NCBI GenBank assembly: GCA_951406725.2
Contig: OX597815.1
Location: 202,306,001 to 202,370,000, forward strand
Length of the DNA stretch: 64,000 bases
Origin: Octopus vulgaris
Taxonomy: Eukaryota
Reading direction: 5' to 3'
How positions within the stretch are numbered: the first letter of the stretch is position 1; the number at the start of each line of letters is the position of its first letter. Below the pieces are notes generated by a model, which was given only the letters and a program-made list of their open reading frames with translations, searched no databases and was not told the DNA's origin. The position numbers were made by a program, and so were the translations under genes. Shown here piece by piece: positions 27,201 to 39,965 of this stretch.

Positions 27201-28258
27201 ATGATAATACATTGGTCAGTGTCAGACTGCGGTAGAAGACCACACAGTTCGATGGAAACCCAAACCACTTGGTTGCAAAATGAGCTTCTCCATATATATA
27301 CATATATATATATATATATATCTTTATAGAGAGAGAGGGGGAAGGATAGATAGAGAGGTAGCTGGAGAGACAGACAGTCATAGTCAGACAGAAAGACGGA
27401 CAGGTGTAAGGACATATAGATAGATAGATAAATAGATAGATATCCATATGCAAAGGTTCAAGAAAGTATGTGTATCTAAAAGATTAGAAAATAGTTTCCT
27501 AATTTTTAAAAGTAGCTTAACTGGTTTTACTTGTAAACAATGTGGAACCGCATAACAAGGATGCACTTAGATTAGTATAAACACAATAATATCTAATAAT
27601 TCACAGGTGGCATTTTCAGGAATATGTGAAGTATATATCAACAATGATGATGATGATGATGATGGTTGTGGTGGTGGTGGTTTTTGGTGGTAGTGGTGAT
27701 ATAAGTCTCCTATAGTAATTCTGTTGCGATAAAATCGTATTAACATTTTTTAAATCTGGAAACAAAAGTGCATCGGTTGGTATCGGACAAAATCTTTTAA
27801 AAAATATTTAAAGCGCAAAGTTCAAGCAAAGTGTGGTAAGCAAAGAATGAGCGAGAAAATGAAATTATGAACTTAAATTTGAATATCATATCATCAGCGA
27901 AATCCTATTGTGTGGTCACGTAGTTGAGTAATTATCTATCATATTTTTTGTAAATACTCATACATTTATAATTTCGACTTAACAATATAATAACAATATA
28001 AACATGCATATATTACACCCTATACATACCAAACCAAAAATAAGTTAAGACCAAAATCTGAAAAAATATTAATAACAAATCCGTTTCCGACATGGTCAAT
28101 AAGAACATGAGACCATACAATAATAATAGCAACATTAGCATTATTTAGAATATAAAGAGGAATGAAAATGATATACCTTATATAATCCAGTAGAACAAAT
28201 AATCTTAATCCTAATTCAGGTAAAAATAAAATAAAGGACAATATTATCTGGTTAATAT

Positions 28259-28626
28259 CGCGGTTACGAGGATGATGGTCCCAGTTGATCTGATCAATGG
28301 AACAACTTGCTCGTGAAATTAACCTATAAGTGGCTGAACAGTCCACAGACAATTGTACCCTTAACGTAGTTCTCTGGGAGATTCAGCGTGACTCAGAGTG
28401 TAACAAGGCTGGCCCTCTGAAATAGAGGTACAACAGAAACTGGAAGAGAGAGTGAGAGAAAGTTGTGGTTAAAGAGTACAGCAGGGTTTGCCACCACCCC
28501 TATCAGCGGCTCGTAGAGCTTTAGCTGTATTTGCCCAATAAACACTCACAACGACCGGTCTAGGAATTGAAACCGCGATTCTACGACCGCGAGTCCGCTG
28601 CCCTAACCACTGGGCCATTGCGCCTC

Positions 28627-28628
<2 letters not shown>
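28259..28628 (-). mobile_element. SINE family B, diverged copy
   Basis: Collinear with the reverse complement of 5048-5431. Confidence 0.88.
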
Positions 28629-28664
<36 letters not shown>

Positions 28665-30533
28665 CATGTCTATAGATACACACACATGCACATAAACACG
28701 TATAACTAACTTCTGTATAACTAACTAATTAATAACAGACACTTAAAAATTGAACTTCAAATAGAACCTGTTCTTTTCTTGTTAGAATGTCCAAAGACAA
28801 TATATAAGTGCCAGTGTGAGAATACCAAGCAATATGCGTCAAAGTCTGGAACACTGTATTGTATGGAATCTTAAACCTTTGATGAATTCTTCATAACTAA
28901 TATACATCAAATTCATAGAAGTTTGCTTGATAAATAGATAAGTTCAGTAAAATTCTTCATCAAATATATAAAATTGAGCAGACAGACCGTAGACAATTAT
29001 TTCTGATTAATACATGGAGTTTATGTTAAAATTTGTTTCGTTTAATTTCATTTAGTCGTAATTTATGAATATTTCACTATCTAAAGTTAATATATAAAAT
29101 CAAACTTTGTACCAAATATGAACGGTTTTCATCTCCAGAAATAAATTTCGAACTATTTACTGTCTGCAACAATCTACGCAATTTCCCCATGTACACATTT
29201 TGAAAAAGTAACTAATTTATGGAGTTTTTTTATGCCTCTAAAATGTAATGAGCTGAAGAGAACAAGAATCGGAAATGCTCTTGTTTTATTGGTCTGTAAA
29301 ATATGTATGTTTTCCTTATAAGTTCTTGCATGATCGTAATGAGAGTATGAAACGGTGCGATTTCAAAAAAGCCATGTCTTTCAAATTTTAGATCTTATTT
29401 AGAGTTTTGAAATTTAAAGTATGTATTTTCGTGTCGTATGTTTCTGTGAGGGTAGCTTTATCTTATGTATGCTATAAATAAGAATTTGAAGATTTTGTCA
29501 TATTTTACAAGCAATGAAGTTTGAAAACACTTTGGTTGCATCTACACGTGCAGGGTGTAAGTTAAAGACATCGCTTTAATTTCAACTCAAAACGTATAGA
29601 AAGAAAAGCTACGAAGTACAGTTGCACATTTTGAAATCCTTTTCTTTCTGACAATAGTATTATCCAAAAGAGAGTTTACGTTTGCTGCTGTTTTAAATTC
29701 GAATTTGTGAGGTGATGAAACTATACATTTAGTAAGTCACACACACGATATTGGTACGGGTTTAAAATTCTCTCTGCAAATTAATTATGTATAAACTATG
29801 AATGTAACATAGGACTAGATTATCGAAAAATTCCTTTTGATAGTGACTTAAATTATGAAAATCTGACAATGATATTTTAGTTTAATTAAAACGAGGCCTT
29901 TATAATGCGTAGAAAACGATCACGTCTTTTAGAGAACTTATGTTGATATTGTTGTTTGCACCCTGGTAGACACTGATCGAGCATGCCTAGGATCAAACAC
30001 TTCTCGTCCGTGACAATTCCGCATATTATTTTATTTTTGTCTAAGTAGTCAACGTTCATATGATCCGTAAATTTTTAAAGAGAAGTATGTAAATTGATAC
30101 GGATTTGGCTGTTATTTCTAGCGGTTATCGATTCCTTGTTTGGTAGACTTTGCATGGTCATCAAAATCTCAATAAATGAAAATATTTATGAAGTATATCT
30201 AATATTGGAATATATATATATATTAAATTATGAAATAGAATCAGCACCAGTGTAATAAACATTATCAAACAAACATACGTAAAGTATTTGGTTCGTGTAT
30301 CTGCTGGTCGGGTACGTGATGTTGACGAGTCACACAAATGAAGGAACATGTATGTCCATCACTCCCAGATGGGATTGAGAGTGATTTATCTCGCCCGTCC
30401 ATTACTTTACGATGTTTTTACACCCGGCGCTTTGAGAGAGTATTTTCAACTACAGCAAACAGCTTACCAACAAATAATTTAGTATATGTGGTTAGTAACG
30501 TGTGTGTATGTGTGTATATACATACAAACATAC

Positions 30534-30564
<31 letters not shown>

Positions 30565-30658
30565 AATATATATGTATGTATATATATGTGTGTGTGTGTA
30601 AACATATGTATATATATATATGTGTGTGTGTGTAAATATATGTATATATATATATATA

Positions 30659-30694
<36 letters not shown>

Positions 30695-31144
30695 CGCATA
30701 TATATAAATATTGCACACAACGTATATATACCTGTGTGTGAATGCAGATATGCATGTCTATGTGTGTGGTATATATGGTTGTTTAAAAGCCTGCTTCACT
30801 AGGATTGTTGAGATTGTTTTTTTTTAAATGTATTGAAATAACTTAAAACTTTTTCCCATGATATGCGAAATGAAATAATTTCGTTGATTCAGTATGAAGA
30901 TCTTTAATGTGTCACACACACACCAGACACACATACACATACACACACACAGACGCGCGTAAAGATACCCCTCCCCACAGACACACACACACACATTTAT
31001 GTCTCTGTCCATGTGTGCTCGGGGAATTGCTTCTGCAAATTCATTGGGGAAAAGATACATCGCAAAACACCAAGTTCCTCGTAGTTTAATAATAAATAGT
31101 GAACAGTCTGACCACATGATTTTTGTTTAAGAACAAATAAAAAT

Positions 31145-31303
31145 TGTGAGGTATACTTGCCATCTCAATATGGCTAACCACTAAGGGTCGGTGTTACTGT
31201 AGCTTGTAGCCCCAGGAGAACATCGCCTCCAGCTGGGGCTACAAGCTATAGTAACACCCACCCTCAGGGTTTAGCCATATTGAGATGGCAAGTATACCTC
31301 GCA
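31145..31303. repeat. Inverted repeat, about 70-bp arms and 17-nt loop
   Basis: gtgaggtatacttgccatctcaatatggcta...gtagccccag / ctggggctac...tagccatattgagatggcaagtatacctcgc. Confidence 0.93.
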
Positions 31304-31588
31304 TTGTCGTGCAGTTACTGTTTATATCTCGTTCAGAGATTTATTATTGCTCAAATAAAAATTATATCGTTGATATTCAGTTTTCTTTGTAATACCAGTT
31401 AATATTCAATTGATTGCAGAGGAAATTAGGTTCACTAGATAAACATAATTAGATAAACCCAACCGGAGACATTTCCCGACAGGTGAAATTGTATGAGACA
31501 CTTTGTTTTAATGTTTTTATGGCGTTTGGTATCTAAGAAACGGGAAGTACATTTTAGATGGGAATGTAAATGCTATTATAGCAATCTC

Positions 31589-31641
<53 letters not shown>

Positions 31642-32110
31642 AGAGTTTGCAAAAAACACAAAAGACGTTTTAAATGGGAATGTAAATGCTATTATAGCAA
31701 TCTCATATTTTATGTATATATATATATATATATGTGTGTGTGTATGTAGGGAGAGTTTACGAAAAACCAAAAGACGAAGGCAGGTGGTGTACAAAACAAA
31801 CAGATGTATTAGACATATTAAAGGAATAGAATATATATTACTATTAGAAACAGGGCTAATTTAGCTATTTCTACGTAGATTAAAGGGATGATGAACAAAG
31901 TTGATGTTTATACCGTACTGAACTCAGACGTCTGCACATAAATTTGACCAAACCTTGAGAAAGAAACATGCAATCTGTTTATATACCTAACAATTGCAGT
32001 AGCTATATAAAACTTGAGCTACTAGTTTGCTGGTTTGTATACACTCAGTGTTAACAGTTCATGCATTATCAGGCGTCAACAGAGATCATCTCAGTCCACG
32101 CAGTATTATA

Positions 32111-32148
<38 letters not shown>

Positions 32149-32182
32149 CATATATGCATACATACATGCATACACATATACA

Positions 32183-32253
<71 letters not shown>

Positions 32254-33145
32254 TGATACATAAATTACCAATTTCCTCATCGACATGATTCAGTCTCAAC
32301 TTATCCATTGAATGTAAAATTATCTTCTTAAAACCCTGCAAAAAACAACTCTTAATAATATAAATACACATATAATTAAAATATAGCTTTGTATTTTCTG
32401 AAGAATTCCAAAGAATGCAACGCATCTCTGTACTCACGAAAGTTGAGATCAAGTTAACATAAGTTAGTAGTTGGGTTAAATTTAACATACGTGTATAACA
32501 AAAAGAGAACCCATAGATGACTCTTCTCTAAGTGTGTGAAATACATGAGAAGCATATCTTAGTTTGTTTGTTTATTTAAGTATTCGTTATTTAAATGATT
32601 TTATTCCTGACTATGCTTATACGAATTTTACGTATTTGTAAATAAAAACAAATTACGGAAAAAACCCTGAAAAGTAAATGTGATAATAATTTTCCTTAGG
32701 AATGGCTACAAAGTCGAAATATTCTTTACTCGAAATAGCGATAAACTACATATATTGATAATTTCCACGGAGCGGATAAGTCGATTACATCGACCCCTTA
32801 TTAGACTGGCTGACGATATGTGCATCTCTGATCGCGAGCAGAAGTAGTGAAAGCATCATAGTCCGCATCGGTGGATCCTGAAGTCAGAACGAATTTAAAC
32901 ACAAATGAAACGCCATTAAATATTTTAATGGCTTGCTAACGAGCTACTACTAGTTCGCCGCTTTGTTACATGCCATAGATATTGGAGAATATTTACACTT
33001 TCTAGCAAATATTCTGCTCAATACCACAGAAGACTAACCAGCATATGACGTAGTGGTTAAGAGCACATGTGTTGAGAGGATTCTTTGGGGTTTAATAACA
33101 CCAAGATTCCTTAAACAATTTCGATTGTAGGCAGTGACCTGCTGA

Positions 33146-33147
33146 TA

Positions 33148-33214
<67 letters not shown>

Positions 33215-33215
33215 C
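33146..33215. repeat. (TAA)n microsatellite
   Basis: Visible tandem repeat. Confidence 0.95.
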
Positions 33216-33257
33216 AAAATCGAAAAATACGAGAGCCCAGGTTCGAAATTTCCCCAA

Positions 33258-33303
33258 GACACCTGATGAAGGCTGGAGAGTATATCAGCCGAAACGTTGT
33301 GTT
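33258..33303 (+). ncRNA. Minimal type I hammerhead ribozyme motif (canonical core)
   Basis: gacac CTGATGA a GGCTG gagagtatat CAGCC GAAA CG TT gtgtt; within a short element (about 33225-33390) next to (TAA)n. Confidence 0.8.
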
Positions 33304-33612
33304 AACGACAAATAAGATGAGGATAAATATCCGTCCGTCAATTGTAAATAATGTAAATAACGTACGTAATTCCTCATCTCTTAAATATAGATCCGTAAAA
33401 AGCTGTTGCTATTAAGCATATCTCAAAGTACAGACTCTTTAGCTGGAGTTCTAAGAATATTCAGTCCGGGGGCATTCACTGAAGACAGTAGCAAAAGTGT
33501 GGTTCTATTTATGTTATAATTTCATCAATCACATTCATATCAAAGAATTTAGAAATATAATGCATTTGCATTGAAACTTGGACAATAATTATTTGTGTAT
33601 TATACCTAATGT

Positions 33613-34024
33613 AGGCGCAGGAGTGGCTGTGTGGTAAGTAGCTTGCTAAGCAACCACATGGTTCCGGGTTCAGTTCCACTGCGTGGCATCTTGGGCATGT
33701 GTCTTCTGCTATAGCCCCGGGCCGACCAATGCCTTGTGAGTGGATTTGGTAGACGGAAACTGAAAGAAGCCTGTCGTATATATGTACATATATGTATATG
33801 TATGTATGTGTTTTTGTGTGTCTGTGTTTGTCCCCCTAGCATTGCTTGACAACCGATGCTGGTGTGTTTACGTCCCCGTCACTTAGCGGTTCGGCAAAAG
33901 AGACCGATAGAATAAGTACTGGGCTTACAAAGAATAAGTCCCGGGGTCGATTTGCTCGACTAAAGGCGGTGCTCCAGCATGGCCGCAGTCAAATGACTGA
34001 AACATGTAAAAGAGTAAAAGAGTA
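33613..34024 (+). mobile_element. SINE family A (full length)
   Basis: Complete head to (AAAAGAGT)n tail; short TSD taatgt. Confidence 0.93.
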
Positions 34025-34480
34025 ATGTGTGTATGTATGTGTGTGTGTCTATGTGTGGGGGGAGAGTGTGTGCGGATGTAAAGAAATATCTGTATAAATT
34101 ATTGGTTGACTATACCACTAACGATTGTCATCACATACAATTATTTTAACTACAAATATAAGTTTCATGAAATCTTAATCTTAAAACATGAAATCTTAAA
34201 CATATGTCTTCGAACGTATAATGCATATTTATCGGTTATAGAATAACATGAAATTTAATATTTATCATATATCAAGATATTAAAACGGAAATATCGTCGA
34301 CAACCATACGTATGTCTTTTCTAACGTGGGCTATAATTTTATAAATCAAACAACGTAAATAACAACACGTGCATATGCATATATATATATATGTGGAGGA
34401 GGGGACGCACGCGTGCGCGTGTGTATATAGATAGAGAAATAGGTGACTGAGAGACGTACGTAAGCATATTGTTTGGAAGT

Positions 34481-34641
34481 TGGCTGTGTGGTAAGTAGCT
34501 TGCTTACCAACCACATGGTTCCGGGTTCAGTCCCACCGCGTGACACTTTGGGCAAGTGTCTTCTACTATAGCCTCGGGCCGACCAATGCCTTGTGAGTGG
34601 ATTTGGTAGACGGAAACTAAAAGAAGCCCGTCGTATATATG

Positions 34642-34674
<33 letters not shown>

Positions 34675-34906
34675 GTATGTGTGTGTATGTTTGTGTGTCT
34701 GTGTCTGCCCCCCTAGCATTGCTTGACAACCGATGCTAGTGTGTTTGCGTCCCCGTAACTTACCGGTTCAGCAAAAGAGACCGATAGAATAAATACTGGG
34801 CTTACAAAAGAATAAGTCCCGGTGTCGCGTTGCTCGATTGAAGGTGGTGCTCCAGCATGGCCGTAGTCAGTTGATTGAAACAAGTAAAAGAGTAAAGAGT
34901 AAAGAG
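34481..34906 (+). mobile_element. SINE family A
   Basis: Same structure as 33613-34024. Confidence 0.92.
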
Positions 34907-35001
34907 ACTTAAATTAATCGATAAATCAGTTCATACGCAATAAGATGAATAGGAAGATAAATAATGTGTATTACATAGAATACATACAAGCACTATATGG
35001 A

Positions 35002-35135
<134 letters not shown>

Positions 35136-35525
35136 GTTTTATCAAAAGGAACAGGGAGAAAATTATAGTAGTCAGTTGCATGTAAGTGAGCAACAAAGAC
35201 AAATATTGATATATTATATACCACAGGGACGTCTCCATCTCCGGACAATTTGTAACAATCACCAACTGGCAACTGAAAACAGATCCATATAAGATGTAAA
35301 GTTAACATCAAGAAACGAGAAATTCCCAAACTTAATATGGTATTAGTGAACAGGGAAAAGGTCTAGCCTGGAGATAGACACGTGAATCTACCTCAGTAGG
35401 CCTCGCCAGCAGGAAAATTTTCTAGAATACTGAAGGGATATAATGAAGAGAATATAAATAGTCAATGATATTAATATGCTACTGCCATAGGTCTCTTAGT
35501 TGTATTTGTCTACACACGTAGAGAG

Positions 35526-35578
<53 letters not shown>

Positions 35579-35579
35579 G

Positions 35580-35743
35580 TAGTTAATCCAAACTTGAAGT
35601 ATAGTATTATTGGACGCTCAAGAAAGAAGGAAAGAAGGAGGGTTTAACGTTTCTAGCGGAGCTCTTCATCAGAAACATAGGAAAAGGAAAGATGCAAAGA
35701 AGGGAAGATGGGTGAAAAAAATCGCCAACGGTACACACGCGGT
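35580..35743 (-). mobile_element. Short non-coding hammerhead-bearing element, family H2
   Basis: Homologous to 59358-59555; flanked by (TA)n. Confidence 0.8.
35642..35676 (-). ncRNA. Minimal hammerhead motif
   Basis: Reverse complement: gttt CTGATGA a GAGC tcc GCTA GAAA CG TT aaac (one stem II mismatch). Confidence 0.72.
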
Positions 35744-35809
35744 ATACATATATATATATATATATATGAATAAAAAATGGAGTTAACGCAAGTTTAAACA
35801 AATATTTTT

Positions 35810-35895
35810 ACTTTCTACATATGTTTCGAAAATTCCACTGATACTATTCAAAAGAATAAAAGGTATAAACAATGCAATCTTCTCTTCGGGAAAGT
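35810..35895 (-). ncRNA. Hammerhead motif in inverted pLTR (U4C core)
   Basis: Reverse-complement copy of 39087-39172. Confidence 0.72.
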
Positions 35896-36555
35896 GAAAA
35901 AACGAAACTCGTCAATACGACATTTTAGCAAAAGATGATGGATTCGTATAGCGATAGACAGAACGCTATTAATATTGTTTAAAAAAACGTTATATGGTAT
36001 AACGTCATAAGTAGCTAACAGAAAGAGTAGGGATATTAATAGTGAATGTTAAATATAAAGGAAATTAAAGTTTAAACTATATATAATGATAGAGACTACT
36101 TATATGCACTAAAAGTATGTTTCTGCCAATGCTTACATCTGTATGCTCGTTCTATAACCGTGTTTACTAGAGTATTTTTAGAAAAAATAATGAAAAATAG
36201 CTCAGAATTGCAGAGAAGACAGAATTTCTTGCCTTTGTCATATGGTATCGAAATTGAGAGGATCAACCATTCTAAATGAAATTGTTCATTGTGGTCTTTT
36301 AAATCCCAAATCAGTTTGCTGAGACCGGTACTATTCCGTTTATTTCTATCCCTAAATTAACTCCATTTTTTATTCATATTGTTCAAAATATTTAACGTAA
36401 ACACGAAGTTTCAACCTTTATAAACAAGGAGTTACAACATTATGTGAGATTTTTGCTGCTCTGGTAACTATTGTTAACAAGGTAAAATACACTCATCTAT
36501 TTATAATACTTTAATCAGGTTTATTAATGACCTGCTAACTGAATAGTTACAGTAT

Positions 36556-38884
36556 ATGGAGTTATTGAATATTAAACCTATCTCTTAAGGACATTCCTAT
36601 TCCACCTAAGAATGTTTTCCTTAAACAACTTGTCAATAAGATTAATTCATTCATCAACTGAATAAGATGGCTTACCTTTTTCTTTGACAAAAATGACACT
36701 CAACAACACACTAATGATAAAACATCTGAGTTCAACAAGTTATTTAAATCTAAAAATAGTCTGCCGCCTAACCCAAGGTTGATTCAATTTGAAGATGATC
36801 TCTGGTCCATTGTGAGAAATGTAAAATTTCAACAATCACCACTAAGATATAAACATCTGAGGTATCTTCGCAACATCACCAAAGAAATCAATTCTATGGA
36901 TACTATGTTGGTTCAATCTGATAAGACTGGAAATCTGTACAAACTTTATAAAGACTATTATTTGGAATTACTTGAAAAAGAAATTCAGAAGAAGTATAAA
37001 ATTGCTGATAAAAGAATACTTAAGAAAGCCAACATTGAGGCTATGAAAATCATGGAGTAATATAACCTACAAATGAAGACAGAACCACTTGTTCCTAAGC
37101 AACCTCGGTTCATTTTGAAGGATCACAAACCAAATTTTTTACTAACCCATCATTAAGGCTTATCTGCCCTTCTAGCTCTGACATCGGTATCCTTAGTAAA
37201 AATATACTAGATAAATATATTCCTAATTTAATCAAAACATTAAAACTTAGTTTATGGGCTAATTCATTTGACGTAGTTGACTGGTTTAGGTCTATTAACA
37301 GTAAGGTGAGTACAAAGTTTATCCAGTTTCATATTTCCAATTTTTATTCGTCTATTAATCCAATAGTACTTAATAAGGCACTTTGGCTTGCTCATAACAA
37401 AGCTGGTCTCACCCGAGAAGAGATTAATGTTGTGTTGGCAGCCAGAAGATCTATTATTAAATTTGATGATAAGTTGTGGGTCCGTAAAGACACACCAAAT
37501 AGTTTCGATATACCAATGGGAAGTTCTGATTCAGCACAGATAGCTGATTTGGTCTGTATATATATTCTTTTTGAAATGGCTGAAGAGTTCCCTAACATAT
37601 TATGGAGGTCTATATCGTGATGATCGTTTACTTTACCTCCAAAATGTTTCCAACCAAAAGGTACAAAAAGTTAAGAATAGTTTAGTTAATTTTTTCAGTA
37701 GAATGGGCTTAAAAATCGTTTTTGATGACGATCTGACGAAGGCCAACTTTTTAGATATTACGCTTAATTTACACAGTGACTCTTACTTCCCATATCATAA
37801 ACCGTTGACCAATCTTAAGTACATTAGCAAATTTAGTAATCATCCTGGAGCAATTACTAAGAAATTAGTTCAGAATATTTCATTTAGATTATCTAAATTA
37901 TCTGCTAATGTTGATATTTTCAATAATAACGCTGAATTCTATAACTCTGCCTTAATCAAAGCAGGTTATACAGAAAAAATTTTCTACATTGATTCTGCTC
38001 AGTCTAATTGTAAATTCAATAATGTAGATAAGATTTCTAGTCGTAAAAGAATTATTGATAACAAACATAACTTACGCACCGATACAAAGCGAATGAAGGC
38101 AGATAACCCTTATTTATTCCCCTATTACCGATCTAAAAGTAAATATAACACCTTCAAAAGTAATTACGCTATGAATACTAGTAAAAATATTTGAATAATA
38201 ATTCCTTACGGGAGCCAAATTAAATCTAATCTCCCACTGCTGTTTCGTCAAGCTATTGCTAGGAATTTTCCAAACAATTCTAGATATATCTCTATAATTA
38301 ATTCACATAAGTTTAGGATAGGTTTTTCAAACACAAAAAATCTCTTGCAAATTATATCTTCTCATAATAACAAACTGTTAAATATTAATACATTTACTAA
38401 TACTAACATTAATTTAGCTAATACCATCCAACCCTCTAGAAATATTAATAACAAGTTTATTGTATCTGAAGTCAATTCCAATAGAATTGAATTTATGTCA
38501 AGTAACTCTAAGATTAAAAATTCTATATACCAGTGTATAATCAGTACTCGTAATAAAGTACGATTTTACATTGGAAGCACATCGTTAGAGTTATCTAAAA
38601 GAATTTCTATCCATTACTCAACATTTAGGGATAGAAATAAACGGAATAGTACCGGTCTCAGCAAACTGATTTGGGATTTAAAAGACCACAATGAACAATT
38701 TCATTTAGAATGGTTGATCCTCTCAATTTCGATACCATATGACAAAGGCAAGAAATTCTGTCTTCTCTGCAATTCTGAGCTATTTTTCATTATTTTTTCT
38801 AAAAATACTCTAGTAAACACTGTTATAGAACGAGCATACAGATGTAAACATTGGCAGAAACATACTTTTAGTGCATATAAGTAG
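36556..38884 (+). pseudogene. PLE polyprotein: reverse transcriptase plus C-terminal GIY-YIG endonuclease (frameshifts and stops)
   Basis: SLKDIPIP...IRW; SDKTGNLY; FHISNFYSSI; FDIPMGSSDSAQIADLV; GGLYRDD; NFLDITLNL; SNHP; SIYQC..FYIGST...RISIHYSTF...TGLSKLIW...CLLCNSE...CKH. Confidence 0.92.
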
Positions 38885-39086
38885 TCTCTATCATTACATA
38901 TATAGTTTAAACTTTAATTTCCTTTATATCTAACATTCACTATTAATATCCCTACTCTTTCTGTTAGCTACTTATGACGTTATACCATATAACTTTTTTT
39001 TAAACAATATTAATAGCGTTCTGTCTATCGCAATACGAATCCATCATTTTTTGCTAAAATGTCGTATTGACGAGTTTCGTTTTTTC

Positions 39087-39172
39087 ACTTTCCCGAAGAG
39101 AAGATTGCATTGTTTATACCTTTTATTCTTTTGAATAGTATCAGTGGAATTTTCGAAACATATGTAGAAAGT
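39087..39172 (+). ncRNA. Hammerhead ribozyme motif in PLE 3' pLTR (U4C core)
   Basis: Stem I actttc/gaaagt; core CCGAAGA; stem II gaagattgcattg/cagtggaattttc; GAAA; palindromic stem III ACATATGT; cleavage triplet GUA. Confidence 0.75.
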
Positions 39173-39384
39173 AAAAATACTTGTTTAAACCTGCGTTAAC
39201 TCCATTTTTTATTCATATTATTCAAAATATTTAACGTAAACACGAAGTTTCAACCTTTATAAACAAGGAGTTACAACATCTTTACTTGTGAGATTTTTGC
39301 TGCCCTGGTAACTATTTATTTATTTTTCCGTGTTAATTGTTAACAAGGTAAAATACACTCATCTATTTATGTATATATATATAT

Positions 39385-39693
39385 AAATCCTTAAAATCCT
39401 TTAAAATGTTTTAGCCCGAAGGCCGCGGCCATGCTGGGGCACCACCGCTGAATGAGCTACAGTAGTTTGTGAATCCACCTCTGATACGTGGCACTTGATC
39501 AACAAGGGAGTTCGATGCTGCTGCCCGCATCCGTGTCTCCTGTCGTGAGGTAGGTTCATCTGGGACTCCCAACAAGAAGAGATCCAGTTTAGTTTTAAAG
39601 AAACCCACATCCACACCATGTAAGTCTCTCAGGCATTTAGGGAGGATGTTAAAGAGATGTGGTCCTCTGAAACCCAAGCTGTTGCAGTATCTG
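39385..39693 (-). mobile_element. CR1-clade LINE 3' fragment (second family)
   Basis: [10 protein letters not shown]...FKTKLDLFLLGVPDEP...NSLVDQ is homologous to the C-terminus of the 17.7-19.9 kb LINE; tail (GATTTTAAG)n. Confidence 0.85.
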
Positions 39694-39736
39694 GAGGTCC
39701 GGTTGATTCGGGGTTAACCACAGTAAGTAAGGTACT

Positions 39737-39965
<229 letters not shown>

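Larger units (their letters stand above)
35765..39370 (+). mobile_element. Penelope-like retroelement (Naiad-like) with inverted 5' pLTR, short direct pLTR, RT-GIY-YIG ORF and 3' pLTR
   Basis: 35765-36357 is the reverse complement of about 38623-39217; 36358-36503 directly repeats 39198-39370; ORF between; (TA)n on both flanks. Confidence 0.93.

Noticed and set aside
28000-28256. Asn-rich stretch ending KDNIIWL, possibly a PLE linker
   Set aside because: Too short and low-complexity to support a call
32390-32435. CTGAAGA attc caaa gaat GCAA, hammerhead-like; similar weak hits at 29250 and 62040-62080
   Set aside because: Stem I or GAAA/stem III missing; compatible with chance
36556-39370. 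Selenocysteine recoding, as reported for some Naiad PLEs
   Set aside because: The in-frame TGAs I checked fall at expected Arg (CGA to TGA) or Trp positions, not Cys; TAA stops and frameshifts are also present; no convincing SECIS by eye (SECISearch would settle it)
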